Origin: Desulfobacterales bacterium
GTDB taxonomy: Bacteria > Desulfobacterota > Desulfobacteria > Desulfobacterales > UBA2174
Assembly: GCA_963668645.2 (NCBI GenBank)
Contig: CAXXWC010000002.1
Span: 85,024 to 149,023, forward strand
DNA length: 64,000 nucleotides
Reading direction: 5' to 3'
How positions within the stretch are numbered: position 1 is the stretch's first letter; each line of letters begins with the position of its first letter. The position numbers and the translations under genes are program-made. Positions 9,739 through 20,426 of the stretch are shown in pieces. The notes beneath the pieces are model-generated. The model was not told where the DNA came from, searched no databases, and worked only from the letters and a program-made list of their open reading frames with translations.

Positions 9739-11112
9739 ATGCTTCATCCACAGGAAATACTCGCCACCCTGGAAATGTTGCGCCAGGAACACCTTGATGT
9801 GCGCACCGTCACGATGGGGATCCATCTTTTCGACTGTGCCGGCCCTGACCCCGAACAGACCTGCGCCGCCATGCGCGCCAAGATCCTGCGCAATGCGGCC
9901 GATCTGGTAGCGGTCTGTGACGAGGTGGGCGACAAATACGGCATCCCGGTGGTCAACAAGCGCATCGCGGTCAGCCCCATCGCCGTGGCCGCGGCTCCCC
10001 TGAATCCCGAAGGCATGCTGCAGGTGGCCCACACCCTGGACGAGGCGGCAGAAGCCTCCCGGGTCGATTTCATCGGTGGGTTTTCCGCCCTGGTGGAAAA
10101 AGGATTCGCCGCCGGCGATCTGGCCCTGCTGGACGCCCTGCCCCGGGCACTGGCCGAGACCCGCAGGGTCTGCGCTTCGGTGAACGTGGCCTCGACCCGG
10201 GCTGGGATCAATATCGACGCCATTTTGCGCATGGCCGAAATCATCAAGGCCGCTGCGGATCTCACCGCAGACCAGGACGCCCTGGCCTGTGCCAAGCTTT
10301 GCGTTTTCGCCAATATCCCCCAGGACGTGCCGTTCATGGCGGGCGCCTACCTGGGCGTCGGCGAGCCGGACGCGGTGATCAACGTCGGCGTCAGCGGACC
10401 GGGGGTGGTCAAGCGGGCGGTGGAGCGGGCTCTGGCGGCCGATGCGGATCTGGATCTGGGGCGGATTTCGGAGCTGATCAAACGCACGGCCTACAAGGTC
10501 ACCCGGGTCGGGGAATTGATCGGCCGCGAGGTGGCCCAGCGGCTCAAGATCCGTTTCGGGGTGGTGGACCTTTCCCTGGCCCCGACCCCCAACGTGGGCG
10601 ACAGCGTGGGTGAAATCTTTCAAAGCCTCGGGTTGCGTGCCATCGGGGTGCCGGGCAGTACCGCAGCCCTGGCCCTGCTCAACGATGCGGTCAAAAAAGG
10701 CGGGGCTTTCGCTTCTTCCAACGTGGGCGGACTTTCCGGAGCCTTTATCCCGGTCAGCGAGGACCTGAACATCTCCGACGCGGCCCGCCAGGGGTTCTTG
10801 AGCCTGGAAAAACTCGAAGCCATGACCAGCGTCTGCTCGGTGGGCCTGGATATGGTGGCCATACCCGGCGACACCAGCGTCGAGACGCTGGCCGGGATCA
10901 TCGCCGACGAGATGGCCATCGGCGTCATCAACAAGAAAACCACCGCCTGCCGTCTGGTGCCGGTCCCGGGCAAGGGCGCCGGAGAGCACGCCTATTTCGG
11001 CGGCCTGCTGGGCGAATCGGTGATCATGGCGGTCAACAACGCCACCGGGGCCAACCCGTTTGTGCGCCGTGGCGGCCTGATACCGGCGCCGATTCACAGT
11101 CTGGTCAATTAG
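9739..11112 (+). CDS. UPF0210/DUF711 (PFL-like) family protein
   Basis: LDVRTVTMGI, DLSLAPTP, GGLSGAFIPVSED, VCSVGLDM motifs. Confidence 0.92.
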   Translation: MLHPQEILATLEMLRQEHLDVRTVTMGIHLFDCAGPDPEQTCAAMRAKILRNAADLVAVCDEVGDKYGIPVVNKRIAVSPIAVAAAPLNPEGMLQVAHTLDEAAEASRVDFIGGFSALVEKGFAAGDLALLDALPRALAETRRVCASVNVASTRAGINIDAILRMAEIIKAAADLTADQDALACAKLCVFANIPQDVPFMAGAYLGVGEPDAVINVGVSGPGVVKRAVERALAADADLDLGRISELIKRTAYKVTRVGELIGREVAQRLKIRFGVVDLSLAPTPNVGDSVGEIFQSLGLRAIGVPGSTAALALLNDAVKKGGAFASSNVGGLSGAFIPVSEDLNISDAARQGFLSLEKLEAMTSVCSVGLDMVAIPGDTSVETLAGIIADEMAIGVINKKTTACRLVPVPGKGAGEHAYFGGLLGESVIMAVNNATGANPFVRRGGLIPAPIHSLVN

Positions 11113-11158
11113 TCGTCCATCCCCGGCGGCATGCCGTGGTTTCTGAAGGCGCCGGGAT

Positions 11159-11551
11159 TTACTTGACCGTCAGAACCGGGCACGGGGCCTTGAGGATCAC
11201 GTACTGGGCCGTGGAGCCGAGCAGCAGTTTGGATACCCGCGACAGCTTGGTGATGCCCAGGACGATCTCGCCGGCGCCGTTTTCACGGGCAAACTGGACC
11301 AATTGTTCGCCAACCGTGCCGACGCCTTGAAGCAGGCGCGCTTCCCCCTTCACTCCGGCTTCCCGGCACAGCGTGACGGCGTAGTCAAGATCGTGGTGCA
11401 AGCGCGCCTCCTGTACCGGGTCGGCCTCCAGGTGCTGTTCGCGAACGCAGACGAGATACAACCCGTCCCCTATTCTTTGGGCCCGTTCGATGGCTACCAT
11501 CAGGGCCGCCTTGGACGACCTGGATCCGTCGTATCCGACTATCATTTTCAT
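11159..11551 (-). CDS. Universal stress protein
   Basis: IVGYDGS and LLGSTAQYVILKAPCPVLTV motifs. Confidence 0.92.
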   Translation of the reverse strand: MKMIVGYDGSRSSKAALMVAIERAQRIGDGLYLVCVREQHLEADPVQEARLHHDLDYAVTLCREAGVKGEARLLQGVGTVGEQLVQFARENGAGEIVLGITKLSRVSKLLLGSTAQYVILKAPCPVLTVK

Positions 11552-11570
11552 TATCGACTCTTGCAGTGAA

Positions 11571-12089
11571 CTATGCGAGGGCCGCGATGACCGCCCGCAT
11601 GAAAACCGGCAGATCGTCCGGGGTGCGGCTGGTGATCAGCTTCCCGTCGATTACCACCTCTTGATCCTCCCATTGGGCCCCGGCGTGGATCAGATCGTCC
11701 TTGATGGCGAAAAACGAGGTTACCCGGCGACCGTCGAGGATCTCGGCCGAAGCCAGCATCCAGCCGGCATGACAGATGGCGGCCACCACCTTGCCGGCGG
11801 CATGCAGATCCGCCACCAGTTTGACCATGGCCGGATCACGGCGCATCAGGTCAGGGGCGTAGCCGCCGGGAATCACCACGCCGTTAAAATCCTCGGCCCG
11901 CGCTTCGCGGGCGGCGATGTCCGCCTTCACTTCGGTGGCCGGCTTGCCGGTAAAGGTTTGGCTGCGCCCGGTACCCATCACAACCACCTGGGCCCCAGCT
12001 TCCTTGAGCCGGAAAAACGGGTACCAGAATTCAAATACGTTGAACATGTCCTCGACCAGAATGGCCACGCGTTTTCCTTCGAGTTCCAT
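11571..12089 (-). CDS. PfpI/DJ-1 family protein
   Basis: VIPGGYAPD, AAICHAGW, TSRTPDDL; GGAGG RBS before MELEG. Confidence 0.92.
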   Translation of the reverse strand: MELEGKRVAILVEDMFNVFEFWYPFFRLKEAGAQVVVMGTGRSQTFTGKPATEVKADIAAREARAEDFNGVVIPGGYAPDLMRRDPAMVKLVADLHAAGKVVAAICHAGWMLASAEILDGRRVTSFFAIKDDLIHAGAQWEDQEVVIDGKLITSRTPDDLPVFMRAVIAALA

Positions 12090-12461
12090 CGAGTGCCTCC
12101 CTTGCATGATGTCGATCAAAAAAACACGGCTGCACAACGCCGTATTTGCCTCAAAATCCATAATGAATATAAAATACGCCGGGTTCTTATGTGCATGCCC
12201 GCCAGCTCCCCTGAAAATGCCTACTCAACCGCACCGGGGACTATTTCAACATTTTTCCCGCACTTGTCAATTTGTACGCCACTTTTTCTCGTTGCCACTG
12301 TTTCCATATGCGCATCGGCCCATCGATTGACATCCGCCGGGCGGCAAGAGTAGAGATAAAACAGGCTGGCGCCGGCTCCGTACCTGGTTGACGTCCACCG
12401 ATAACTGTTGTGGTTTGTTTTCCTGTCGATCATCAATCGTCTAATGGCAAGGAGGACCACG

Positions 12462-13574
12462 ATGAGAAAAGCAGTTTGGCTCGTCAGCCTGGGATGGCTG
12501 GTCTTGTGCATTTACGTTTCAGCCGCCGCCGAATCTTTCGAAGAAGGGGCGCTCTATCAGGCGGCCCAAAAAGAAGGCGAAGTCAACATCTACTCCTATT
12601 CGTCGCGCGTTTTCAAGTTCGGCAAGACATTCGAAACAAAGTATCCCGGCGTCAAGGTCAACGGATTCGACATGGATTCGCCCGAAATCGTGACCAAGGT
12701 CCTGGCGGAACAGACGGCCAAGAATTACGTCGCCGACATAATCTTCCTCAAGGACCCGGCCACGGTGATCCATGAGCTTTACGACAGAAAACTTGTTTTC
12801 AACTATATTCCCCCGGACCTGGGCAGCCTGATCCCGGCCCAATATCAGCGGCCGCTGCTCGTTCACCACGCCAGCGTGGATGCACTGATCTACAACAACG
12901 AAAAGATGAGCGCCCCGCCGGTCCGGTCCCTCTGGGAACTGACCAAACCTGAATGGAAAGGCCGCGTCATCTTCCCCGACCCCCAGAAGATGTCCGAGTT
13001 CGTCGAAGTCCTGGCGACCATCGTGCAGCATGCCGGCGAAATGGCGGCCGACTACGAGAAGGTCTTCGGCCAGCCCATCGCGCTGAGCGCCGGGGTGGAA
13101 AATGCCGGGTATGAGTGGATCCTGCGCCTGCTCGACAACGACCTGATCATCCAGGGATCGACCAACGACGTGGCCAAGGCCGTCGGGCTTTCAGACCAAG
13201 CCGATCCGCCGGTGGGTTTCACCGCCTACTCGCGGCTGCGCGACAAGGAGAAAAATCCCAACCTCAAATTCGATGTCATGGTCGACGTAGCTCCGGTGAT
13301 GGGCGTTGCCACCAGCGTGGTGGTGGCCATGGTCAACCAGGCCCGGCATCCGAACGCCGCCAAGCTGTTGATCCACTGGATGATGGGAGACGAGAAAGGC
13401 GGACAGGGGTACGACCCCTATTTCGTTCTGGGAAATTTCCCGGTGCGCACGGACACTCCGCCGCCTGAAGGCTCAGCAGCCCTGTCGGACTTGCAGCTTT
13501 GGTCGGCGGATCCCGCCTTTGTCTGGAAAAACGGACAGAATGTGCTCGACTTCTGGGTGGCCCATCTAAAGTGA
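12462..13574 (+). CDS. ABC transporter substrate-binding protein (AfuA/FbpA-like)
   Basis: Signal peptide, AAQKEGEVNIYS, WELTKPEWKG, HPNAAKL; AAGGAGG RBS. Confidence 0.85.
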   Translation: MRKAVWLVSLGWLVLCIYVSAAAESFEEGALYQAAQKEGEVNIYSYSSRVFKFGKTFETKYPGVKVNGFDMDSPEIVTKVLAEQTAKNYVADIIFLKDPATVIHELYDRKLVFNYIPPDLGSLIPAQYQRPLLVHHASVDALIYNNEKMSAPPVRSLWELTKPEWKGRVIFPDPQKMSEFVEVLATIVQHAGEMAADYEKVFGQPIALSAGVENAGYEWILRLLDNDLIIQGSTNDVAKAVGLSDQADPPVGFTAYSRLRDKEKNPNLKFDVMVDVAPVMGVATSVVVAMVNQARHPNAAKLLIHWMMGDEKGGQGYDPYFVLGNFPVRTDTPPPEGSAALSDLQLWSADPAFVWKNGQNVLDFWVAHLK

Positions 13575-13748
13575 AATGGGCCCCACGCATCGTCTCCTGG
13601 CCTTCCAGCACGCCAGCGGGCACTGCCCCGGCGTACCCCGGCCGGGGGTGGACGCGACGGGTGGCGTGAGCCCCGCGGCGCGCGCGCTTCACGCCACCGT
13701 GTCACATAACGGCCAGGTGACCGTGCGACGGCCGGCGACGGAGTAAAC

Positions 13749-15536
13749 ATGCAATCAATGAGCTTGCGCCTCAATCGGCTCAACAACTTCCTGCGCCGCC
13801 CGCACATCCTCATCTCCTTGATTCTGCTTGCAATCCTGCTGTTCATCGTACTGCTGCCCTTTGCCAAGATGATCAAGGACTCTTTTGTCTGGCAGTTCGC
13901 CGACATCCGGCTGTCCCACGACGCCCAGCCCGGCCAATGGACCCTGTTTCACTGGCTGCGGGTCTTTTCCAGCCCGCTGACCCACAACACGCTTCTGCGG
14001 CCGCTGTTGAACTCGCTTGCGACGTCCCTGAGTGTCTCGGCCTGCGCCATGATCATCGGATCGTTTCTCGCCTGGCTCGTGGCCCGTACCGACCTGCCCT
14101 TCAAAAGGACCGTGGCCACCGTGGCGGTGCTGCCCTATGTCATTCCTTCCTACATTCACGCCCTGGCCTGGCTCAATCTGTTCAAGAACGACCGCATCGG
14201 CGGAGCCGCCGGCGTCTTTCAGTATCTGACGGGCATCGGTCCGGCAGACTGGATTTCCTACGGGTATCTGCCCATCGTGGTGACGCTTTCGCTGCACTAC
14301 TTTCCCTTCACCTTCCTGCTGGTGTCGGCGGCGCTGAGCAGCATCGATTCGCGCCTGGAGGAGTCTGGAGAGATCCTGGGGGCATCGCGGGCCCTGATTC
14401 TGCGGCGCATCACATTTCCTTTGGTGCTGCCGGCGCTTTTGTCCAGCTTCATCCTGACCTTCTCGCGGATCCTGGGCACCTTCGGCACGCCGTATTTTCT
14501 GGGCACGCCGGTGCGCTACTACACCCTGTCGACCCAGATTTATGCGAACATCATCAACCGCGTGCCCTCCACCGGCTACATTCTGGCTTTCGTGCTCATC
14601 GCCATCTCGTCACTGGTCATTTATGCCAACCAGCGCCTCATCGGCAGAAACAAGAGCTACGTGACCATCGCGGGCAAGGGATTCCACATCACCGCGACCC
14701 CGCTGGGCAGGCTCCGCTATCCGATCCTCGCTGCAGTGGTCCTGCTGTTTTGCGTATCGGTGGTTCTGCCGGTGGTCCTGATCGTGTGGCAAACGCTCAC
14801 GCTCTATCCGGACGACTACTCCCTGCGGCACCTGACGACACTCTTCTGGATCGGTGAGGGTGGCACGGACTTTGCCGAGGGGGAAGCCGGCATCCTGCGC
14901 AATCCGGCCATTCTCGGAGCGGCCTGGAACAGCGTACGGCTGGCGCTGAGCGCCTCGATCGCGGCAGGCCTGTGCGGCATCTTCATCGGATACGCCGTGG
15001 TCAAGGGACGCGGCACCCGGTTGTCCCATGCGGTGGAGCAGATGTCTTTTCTGCCCCATCTGGTGCCGGGGATCGCCTTCGGCGCGCTGTACCTGGCCCT
15101 GTTTTCACACCGCGTGGGACCGATCCCGGCCCTCTACGGCACCTTTTGGCTCGTGGCCCTGGTGTGCGTGGCCAAGAACCTTCCTTTTACCGGACGGGCC
15201 GGAATCACCTCCATGCTGCAGATCGGCGGCGAGTTGGAGGAGGCCGCCGAGACCCTCGGTGCGCGATGGGCCACACGTTTTCGCCGCATCATCCTGCCCC
15301 TGTCCATCCAGGGGGCCGTCTCGGGCTTCGTGCTCGTGTTCATCACGGTCATGCGGGAGCTTTCGCTGATCATCCTGCTCGTCACGCCGGAAACGCGCAC
15401 CCTGACCACCATGACTTTCCGCTACCAGGAGCAGGGCTATTCACAGTTTTCCAGCGCCATCAGCGTCCTGATCATCGTGATCGTGGTGGCCGGGGAATTG
15501 CTTTCCCGGCGCCTGGGACGCAAAGGGGCGATATGA
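13749..15536 (+). CDS. ABC transporter permease (FbpB-like, duplicated TM domain)
   Basis: Two EAA loops (LEESGEILGAS, LEEAAETLGA). Confidence 0.9.
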   Translation: MQSMSLRLNRLNNFLRRPHILISLILLAILLFIVLLPFAKMIKDSFVWQFADIRLSHDAQPGQWTLFHWLRVFSSPLTHNTLLRPLLNSLATSLSVSACAMIIGSFLAWLVARTDLPFKRTVATVAVLPYVIPSYIHALAWLNLFKNDRIGGAAGVFQYLTGIGPADWISYGYLPIVVTLSLHYFPFTFLLVSAALSSIDSRLEESGEILGASRALILRRITFPLVLPALLSSFILTFSRILGTFGTPYFLGTPVRYYTLSTQIYANIINRVPSTGYILAFVLIAISSLVIYANQRLIGRNKSYVTIAGKGFHITATPLGRLRYPILAAVVLLFCVSVVLPVVLIVWQTLTLYPDDYSLRHLTTLFWIGEGGTDFAEGEAGILRNPAILGAAWNSVRLALSASIAAGLCGIFIGYAVVKGRGTRLSHAVEQMSFLPHLVPGIAFGALYLALFSHRVGPIPALYGTFWLVALVCVAKNLPFTGRAGITSMLQIGGELEEAAETLGARWATRFRRIILPLSIQGAVSGFVLVFITVMRELSLIILLVTPETRTLTTMTFRYQEQGYSQFSSAISVLIIVIVVAGELLSRRLGRKGAI

Positions 15537-15610
15537 AACCGGGCGGCACGGTGGCGGCCCCCATCATCCGGCCCCCCCTGGCGGCCTGACCAGCGCAACG
15601 GAATCGGCCT

Positions 15611-16720
15611 ATGGAAGCGCCCATTATCGAAGTCAAGCACCTGACCAAAGTATTCGGGGACGTCTGTGCCGTCGACGATGTGAGTTTTGCCGTCGGCGAA
15701 AAGGAGTTTTTGGTTCTGCTGGGCCCCTCGGGGTGCGGCAAGTCGACCATCCTGCGCATGCTCGCAGGTCTGGAAACGCCTACCGAAGGCGAGATCTTGC
15801 TCAAGGGCAGGTGCGTCTTTTCCAGCCGCCGCGGAATATTCGTTCCGGCCCGCGACCGCCAGGTGGGGCTCGTCTTCCAGAGCTACGCCCTGTGGCCGCA
15901 CATGACGGTGTTCGAAAACGTCGCCTTCGGCCTCAAGGTCAAACGGGAGATCCCCGCAACCGTCGCCCAGAAGGTGGACGACATCCTGGCCTACATGCAG
16001 CTTGACGGCATGAAGGCGCGCTATCCCCAGGAGATGAGCGGCGGCCAGCAGCAGCGGGTGGCCCTGGCGCGGATGCTCGTCAACCGGCCGGACATTCTGC
16101 TCATGGACGAGCCGCTGTCGAACCTGGACGCCAAGCTGCGCATCGAGATGCGCGCCGAGATCAAGCACATCCATTCCCAGACCGGCGCCACCACGGTCTA
16201 CGTGACCCACGACCAGGTCGAGGGGCAGACCATGGCCAGCAACATCGCCGTGATCAACAAGGGCCGCATCGAGCAGTACGCCCCGCCCAGGACCATCTAC
16301 CAGCGCCCGGCCAACCTCTTCGTGGCCGATTTCATCGGCAGCCCGACGATCAACACCCTGGCGGGACGCACCGGCCGGCCGGATGCCGGCGGCGTGACGG
16401 TGGACATCGGCGATTTTTCCCTCAAGACCGCCTATACGGACCTTGCCCCCGGCCGCCAGGTCGTGGCGGCCATCCGGCCGGAGCACATCGTTATCAGCGC
16501 TACCGGCGGGGTGAACACCATCTCGGGCGAGGTGCGCACCGTTCTGCCCTCGGGACCCGAAACCGTCCTGCGCGTAGGCCGCGGCGCCCATACGTTCAGC
16601 CTGCTCACCGCGCAACCGGTCGACCTGCCCCCCGGGGCCACGGTCCGCCTCTTGCTTCCGCCCGAACACCTGCTCGTGTTCGACAGGGAGAGCGGCGTGC
16701 TGTTCCCCTTGCCCAACTGA
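15611..16720 (+). CDS. ABC transporter ATP-binding protein
   Basis: GPSGCGKS, MSGGQQQR, DEPLSNLD motifs. Confidence 0.93.
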   Translation: MEAPIIEVKHLTKVFGDVCAVDDVSFAVGEKEFLVLLGPSGCGKSTILRMLAGLETPTEGEILLKGRCVFSSRRGIFVPARDRQVGLVFQSYALWPHMTVFENVAFGLKVKREIPATVAQKVDDILAYMQLDGMKARYPQEMSGGQQQRVALARMLVNRPDILLMDEPLSNLDAKLRIEMRAEIKHIHSQTGATTVYVTHDQVEGQTMASNIAVINKGRIEQYAPPRTIYQRPANLFVADFIGSPTINTLAGRTGRPDAGGVTVDIGDFSLKTAYTDLAPGRQVVAAIRPEHIVISATGGVNTISGEVRTVLPSGPETVLRVGRGAHTFSLLTAQPVDLPPGATVRLLLPPEHLLVFDRESGVLFPLPN

Positions 16721-16730
16721 GGATTGACGA

Positions 16731-17993
16731 ATGGCAGATTTCAACGCACTGAATGCCGAAATCGACCGGGCCGCCGCCCTGCTGGCCGGCACGGCAGGCA
16801 ACCTGCCCGCCCCGGTGACCGTGGTCCACCACAACGACGCCGACGGGCTGGCTGCGGCCGCGGCCTTGTCCTACGCACTGGATCGGGCCGGCCTGGAGGG
16901 CCGGCGGCTGGCGGTGGAAAAGATCCATGAGCCGATCCTTCCCATCATCCACCGTACCGAGGGACCCGTCCTGTACGCTGATTTGGGCGGGCAGTCCGCA
17001 GGGATCATCGAGCGCCACGCCCTGCACACCCCGCTGGTGATCATCCTGGACCATCACTTGCCCGATTCTCAGGTTTGCAGGCATCTGGTGCACATCAACC
17101 CCGAGCGCTTCGGCATCAGCGGCGACACCGAGGCGTCGGGGGCTGCGGTCAGTGCATTGTTTGCCGGCGCCCTGCTGGCCCGGCGGACCGCCGGGCTATC
17201 GGCCCAGGACAAGGCCCTGCCCGCCCTGATGGGGGTGATCGGCGCCGTGGGTGACGGACAGGCGCCCGGAGGTGTTTTCAGCGGCATCAATCGACCTCTT
17301 TTCGAAACCGCTCGGCAGCTGGGGGAAATCGCACCCGGCGGCGAAGATGGCCCCGTAATTCCCCGTTTTGGTCGTCGGCCCGTAAGCGCCATCGTCGAAA
17401 CGCTGAACCTTCTCGGGTCGGTGGGATTTTATTCGGGCCATGCGGAAACCGCAGTGGCATTTCTTCTCGGGCAAGACGACGGCCAGGTGCCGGCGGCCGC
17501 TGCCCGGCGTCTCGACGAGCTGAAGCACACCCGTTTCGCCGCCGAGGTCGGCACCATCTCCCGCCGGGGGATGACCGTATCGCCGCATTTTCAGTGGGTG
17601 GATGTGGCAAACCGCTTCGCCCCCATGGGGGTCAAGGCCATCGGTCTGTTTCTCGAGGCATTGATCCACCAGGGCTTGGCGGCCCAAGACCGCTACCTCT
17701 TGGGGTTCCAACACATGCCCGACCAGATGCCCGGCATCGGCCGGATCCCCGGCTCACTGACGAAGGTGTCCGCCCGAGTCCCCCCGCAACTGAAGGCCGA
17801 GATAGATTGGGGGCGGCATCCGGATTTCATGACCCTGATTCCTCAGGCCAGCGCCCTGGTCGGGGGCAGCGCCGACGGGTGCCATCGTTTTGCGGCCGCC
17901 GCACTGATCCAACGGGGGCGCGAAGCCGCCTTCATGCAAACCATGGAGGAGACCCTGGCCGGCTGGCGCCGCGACCGGCCCCAGATTGGCTAG
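16731..17993 (+). CDS. DHH-family phosphoesterase
   Basis: HHNDADG, YADLG, ILDHH, GAVGD, DGCHRFAA motifs. Confidence 0.8.
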   Translation: MADFNALNAEIDRAAALLAGTAGNLPAPVTVVHHNDADGLAAAAALSYALDRAGLEGRRLAVEKIHEPILPIIHRTEGPVLYADLGGQSAGIIERHALHTPLVIILDHHLPDSQVCRHLVHINPERFGISGDTEASGAAVSALFAGALLARRTAGLSAQDKALPALMGVIGAVGDGQAPGGVFSGINRPLFETARQLGEIAPGGEDGPVIPRFGRRPVSAIVETLNLLGSVGFYSGHAETAVAFLLGQDDGQVPAAAARRLDELKHTRFAAEVGTISRRGMTVSPHFQWVDVANRFAPMGVKAIGLFLEALIHQGLAAQDRYLLGFQHMPDQMPGIGRIPGSLTKVSARVPPQLKAEIDWGRHPDFMTLIPQASALVGGSADGCHRFAAAALIQRGREAAFMQTMEETLAGWRRDRPQIG

Positions 17994-18054
17994 CCTTCTT
18001 CTTATCGGCCGGAATTCGACGGCATGAGGATTTCGAGGTTTTTGTGACGTTAAT

Positions 18055-19299
18055 TCAATGGATGGTGTGAGGGCTGCCTTGCTCCGGCCCCCCTTCACAT
18101 TTGGACAAAACAGCAGCATCTTCCAGAATCACCACGCAGTTTCTACCCATGCCCTTGGCCCGGTAGAGGGCTTGGTCGCTTCGCTGCACCAGTTCGTCGA
18201 GGGTCTCACCGGGCCGGTACCGCGTCACCCCGAAGCTTGCCGTTACCCGGCCGCCATGGGCAAAGGTGCTTGACTCGATGAGGTCGCGCAGTTTTTCAGC
18301 CATGGCCGCCATCCCGCCAAGGTCTGTCTGGGGTGACAACAGCAGGAATTCCTCGCCCCCCCAACGTGCGAACAGGTCGCTTTTGCGCTTGTTCCTGCTC
18401 ACTATCCTTGAAAGTTCGATCAGCACACTGTCTCCTATGTGATGCCCATAGGTGTCATTGATCTTTTTAAAATGATCCAGGTCTAAAATGGCCAGCGACA
18501 ACGGCGTCCCGTGGCGGTTGGCCCGATCGATCTCCATGCCGGAAACCTCCTGAAAATACCTGCGGTTGGCCGCCTTGGTAAGATGATCCTGCATCGACAT
18601 CTCTTCGAGTTGCCGGCGCTGCCGGTTTATGAGCACTTTGTTTTTGAACCCTTTGACATGGTAATAAAACAAGATACGCGACAGGGTGATGGCGATGAGC
18701 GTAAAGGCGAACACATTGATCATCTCTATCCGAGCAACACCATACTGGGCCGGCGGAACCGTCAGGAGCAGAATCTCCATCAACGCCATGTTGGATAGGA
18801 ACAGGATCAGGCAGGTTGTGTTGTACATCAAAAAAATGGATGCTACGGAAAATACCATGCCAAGGTATGCAGCAATCGAGCCATCGTTCAATACGTCGGC
18901 GATGGTAATGAAGGCCATGTTGGCCATTACCAGGAAAAGGCCGGTGTAGACAACGGCTGCGTGGATGGGACCCGCCGCATTGGGTGCTTTGAGGGGTTTT
19001 TTCCAACTGAAGATCAAAAACGCGGCGAACACCCCGAGGATGAGGCAGTGGGAATTAAACAGCAGCCGATATCCCTGCTGGCGGTTCCAGAGCCCGATCA
19101 TGCAGTTGTGGATGTCCAGCGCCGTCAGCAGGCCGATCAACAGCACACAGAGCGCCCCTATGATTCTGGCGCGGGTATGGTTGATGTAGATCACTTCCCG
19201 GACAAAAAGCCCATAATCCGATCCCATCGCTTTCCGGAGATGTCCCCTTGACGATTGGCGCAGAAACTCCCCTACCCCTATGTTGGAATATATTTGCAT
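18055..19299 (-). CDS. Membrane-bound diguanylate cyclase
   Basis: N-terminal TM segments; DLDHFKKINDTYGH and RWGGEEF. Confidence 0.92.
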   Translation of the reverse strand: MQIYSNIGVGEFLRQSSRGHLRKAMGSDYGLFVREVIYINHTRARIIGALCVLLIGLLTALDIHNCMIGLWNRQQGYRLLFNSHCLILGVFAAFLIFSWKKPLKAPNAAGPIHAAVVYTGLFLVMANMAFITIADVLNDGSIAAYLGMVFSVASIFLMYNTTCLILFLSNMALMEILLLTVPPAQYGVARIEMINVFAFTLIAITLSRILFYYHVKGFKNKVLINRQRRQLEEMSMQDHLTKAANRRYFQEVSGMEIDRANRHGTPLSLAILDLDHFKKINDTYGHHIGDSVLIELSRIVSRNKRKSDLFARWGGEEFLLLSPQTDLGGMAAMAEKLRDLIESSTFAHGGRVTASFGVTRYRPGETLDELVQRSDQALYRAKGMGRNCVVILEDAAVLSKCEGGPEQGSPHTIH

Positions 19300-19614
19300 G
19301 CTCGTTAACGCTTTCGGCTTCTCGATTCAAGGCGCCGGATTTTGGATCAGTTGCAACGAGTTGGGCTCAACAACATAGTCTACACTCAACTTGCGCTCCA
19401 AACGAACGATTCTGCCGCGCATTTTGCACCGTTACACTCAAAGTCGTCAAGTTGTTATGGCTCTCTTTCCCCTCCTTTCAAGATCTTGTAGAGGTGCCAG
19501 GGACGCGGCAGCCGTCACCGGTTCCAGCTTCCAGTCAAAGAGCCACAAGGTCGGTATTGTCTATTTTCTCGATGTGGCAGCCGCGGGTAAAGAGCTTTCC
19601 TGCTCCGGGGAGGG

Positions 19615-20412
19615 TCAGAATTTTCCGGTTTCCCGGGCCATGTTGTTGCGCCCGGTTTTTTGATCAGACAGGCGCTTGCGCTCTACCAGCATCCTGTTGC
19701 TCCAGTGATTGTGCATGTAGGTGATTTTCAGGGAGGACATGATTTTTTCGAGGCGGATCGTAGCCTGATCTCCAGCCGTCCACAGATATGTTAGCTTGAA
19801 TCCAGTCGCCCATAGGAACGTTTCTTCAGGGATTTTGCCTTTTCTAAGCAAAGGTGTCGGTTTTCCGTATTTTTCTGAGAGCACCTCCATGCATTCGTGA
19901 TAGGCTGCCTCTTTCTCTTCTTGAAGTCGTGGGTAGATGCCGATTTCGATATGGGCCAAGTGCCTGGAAACCGGCGAAAATAAGAGAGTGATATCTGCAG
20001 GATATCCCATCAGATGGGTTTTGTAGGTAAACTTGGAGTCGGTAAACATGTACTTGCGGCACATGGCTGGGTTAAAACCCTTGTTGATCGAAATCAGCCC
20101 GGCACGATGCAGGGGGATGTTGTTCAGCTCGGCGATGTCCATGGCCTGGCGGATATGAATGCCAAGGGGCCAGATGTCGAACTTGACAGCATCTTTTTCT
20201 GCCTTTTCGCCGCCATCATCTCCTTCGATCCGATCGACCAGGTTTTTGGGAATGCCGACGATCGCACCGAATTTACGATACTTGACCTGATCACCGTCCT
20301 CCCAAACCGCGGCTGATTGGATAACCCGGCCGTCTTTGAGAAAAATCGTGTCTGCTATACAAAAAGTCGGTGCAGTAAAAATAAATAACGATATCAAGAT
20401 AATATGAAACAT
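19615..20412 (-). CDS. Hypothetical exported protein
   Basis: Signal-peptide-like start then ADTIFLKDGRVI; visibly lower GC than the flanking core genes. Confidence 0.7.
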   Translation of the reverse strand: MFHIILISLFIFTAPTFCIADTIFLKDGRVIQSAAVWEDGDQVKYRKFGAIVGIPKNLVDRIEGDDGGEKAEKDAVKFDIWPLGIHIRQAMDIAELNNIPLHRAGLISINKGFNPAMCRKYMFTDSKFTYKTHLMGYPADITLLFSPVSRHLAHIEIGIYPRLQEEKEAAYHECMEVLSEKYGKPTPLLRKGKIPEETFLWATGFKLTYLWTAGDQATIRLEKIMSSLKITYMHNHWSNRMLVERKRLSDQKTGRNNMARETGKF

Positions 20413-20426
20413 TTTTGCCTCATCGG

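Noticed and set aside
9121..11097. Long antisense ORFs (e.g. 658 aa here; also 51437-53533, 43556-45301, 49487-51193)
   Set aside because: Shadows of well-supported genes on the opposite strand, as expected at high GC.
13655..13702. Hairpin GGTGGCGTGA...TCACGCCACC as a novel RNA
   Set aside because: Its position after a substrate-binding gene is typical of an ordinary mRNA-stabilising stem.
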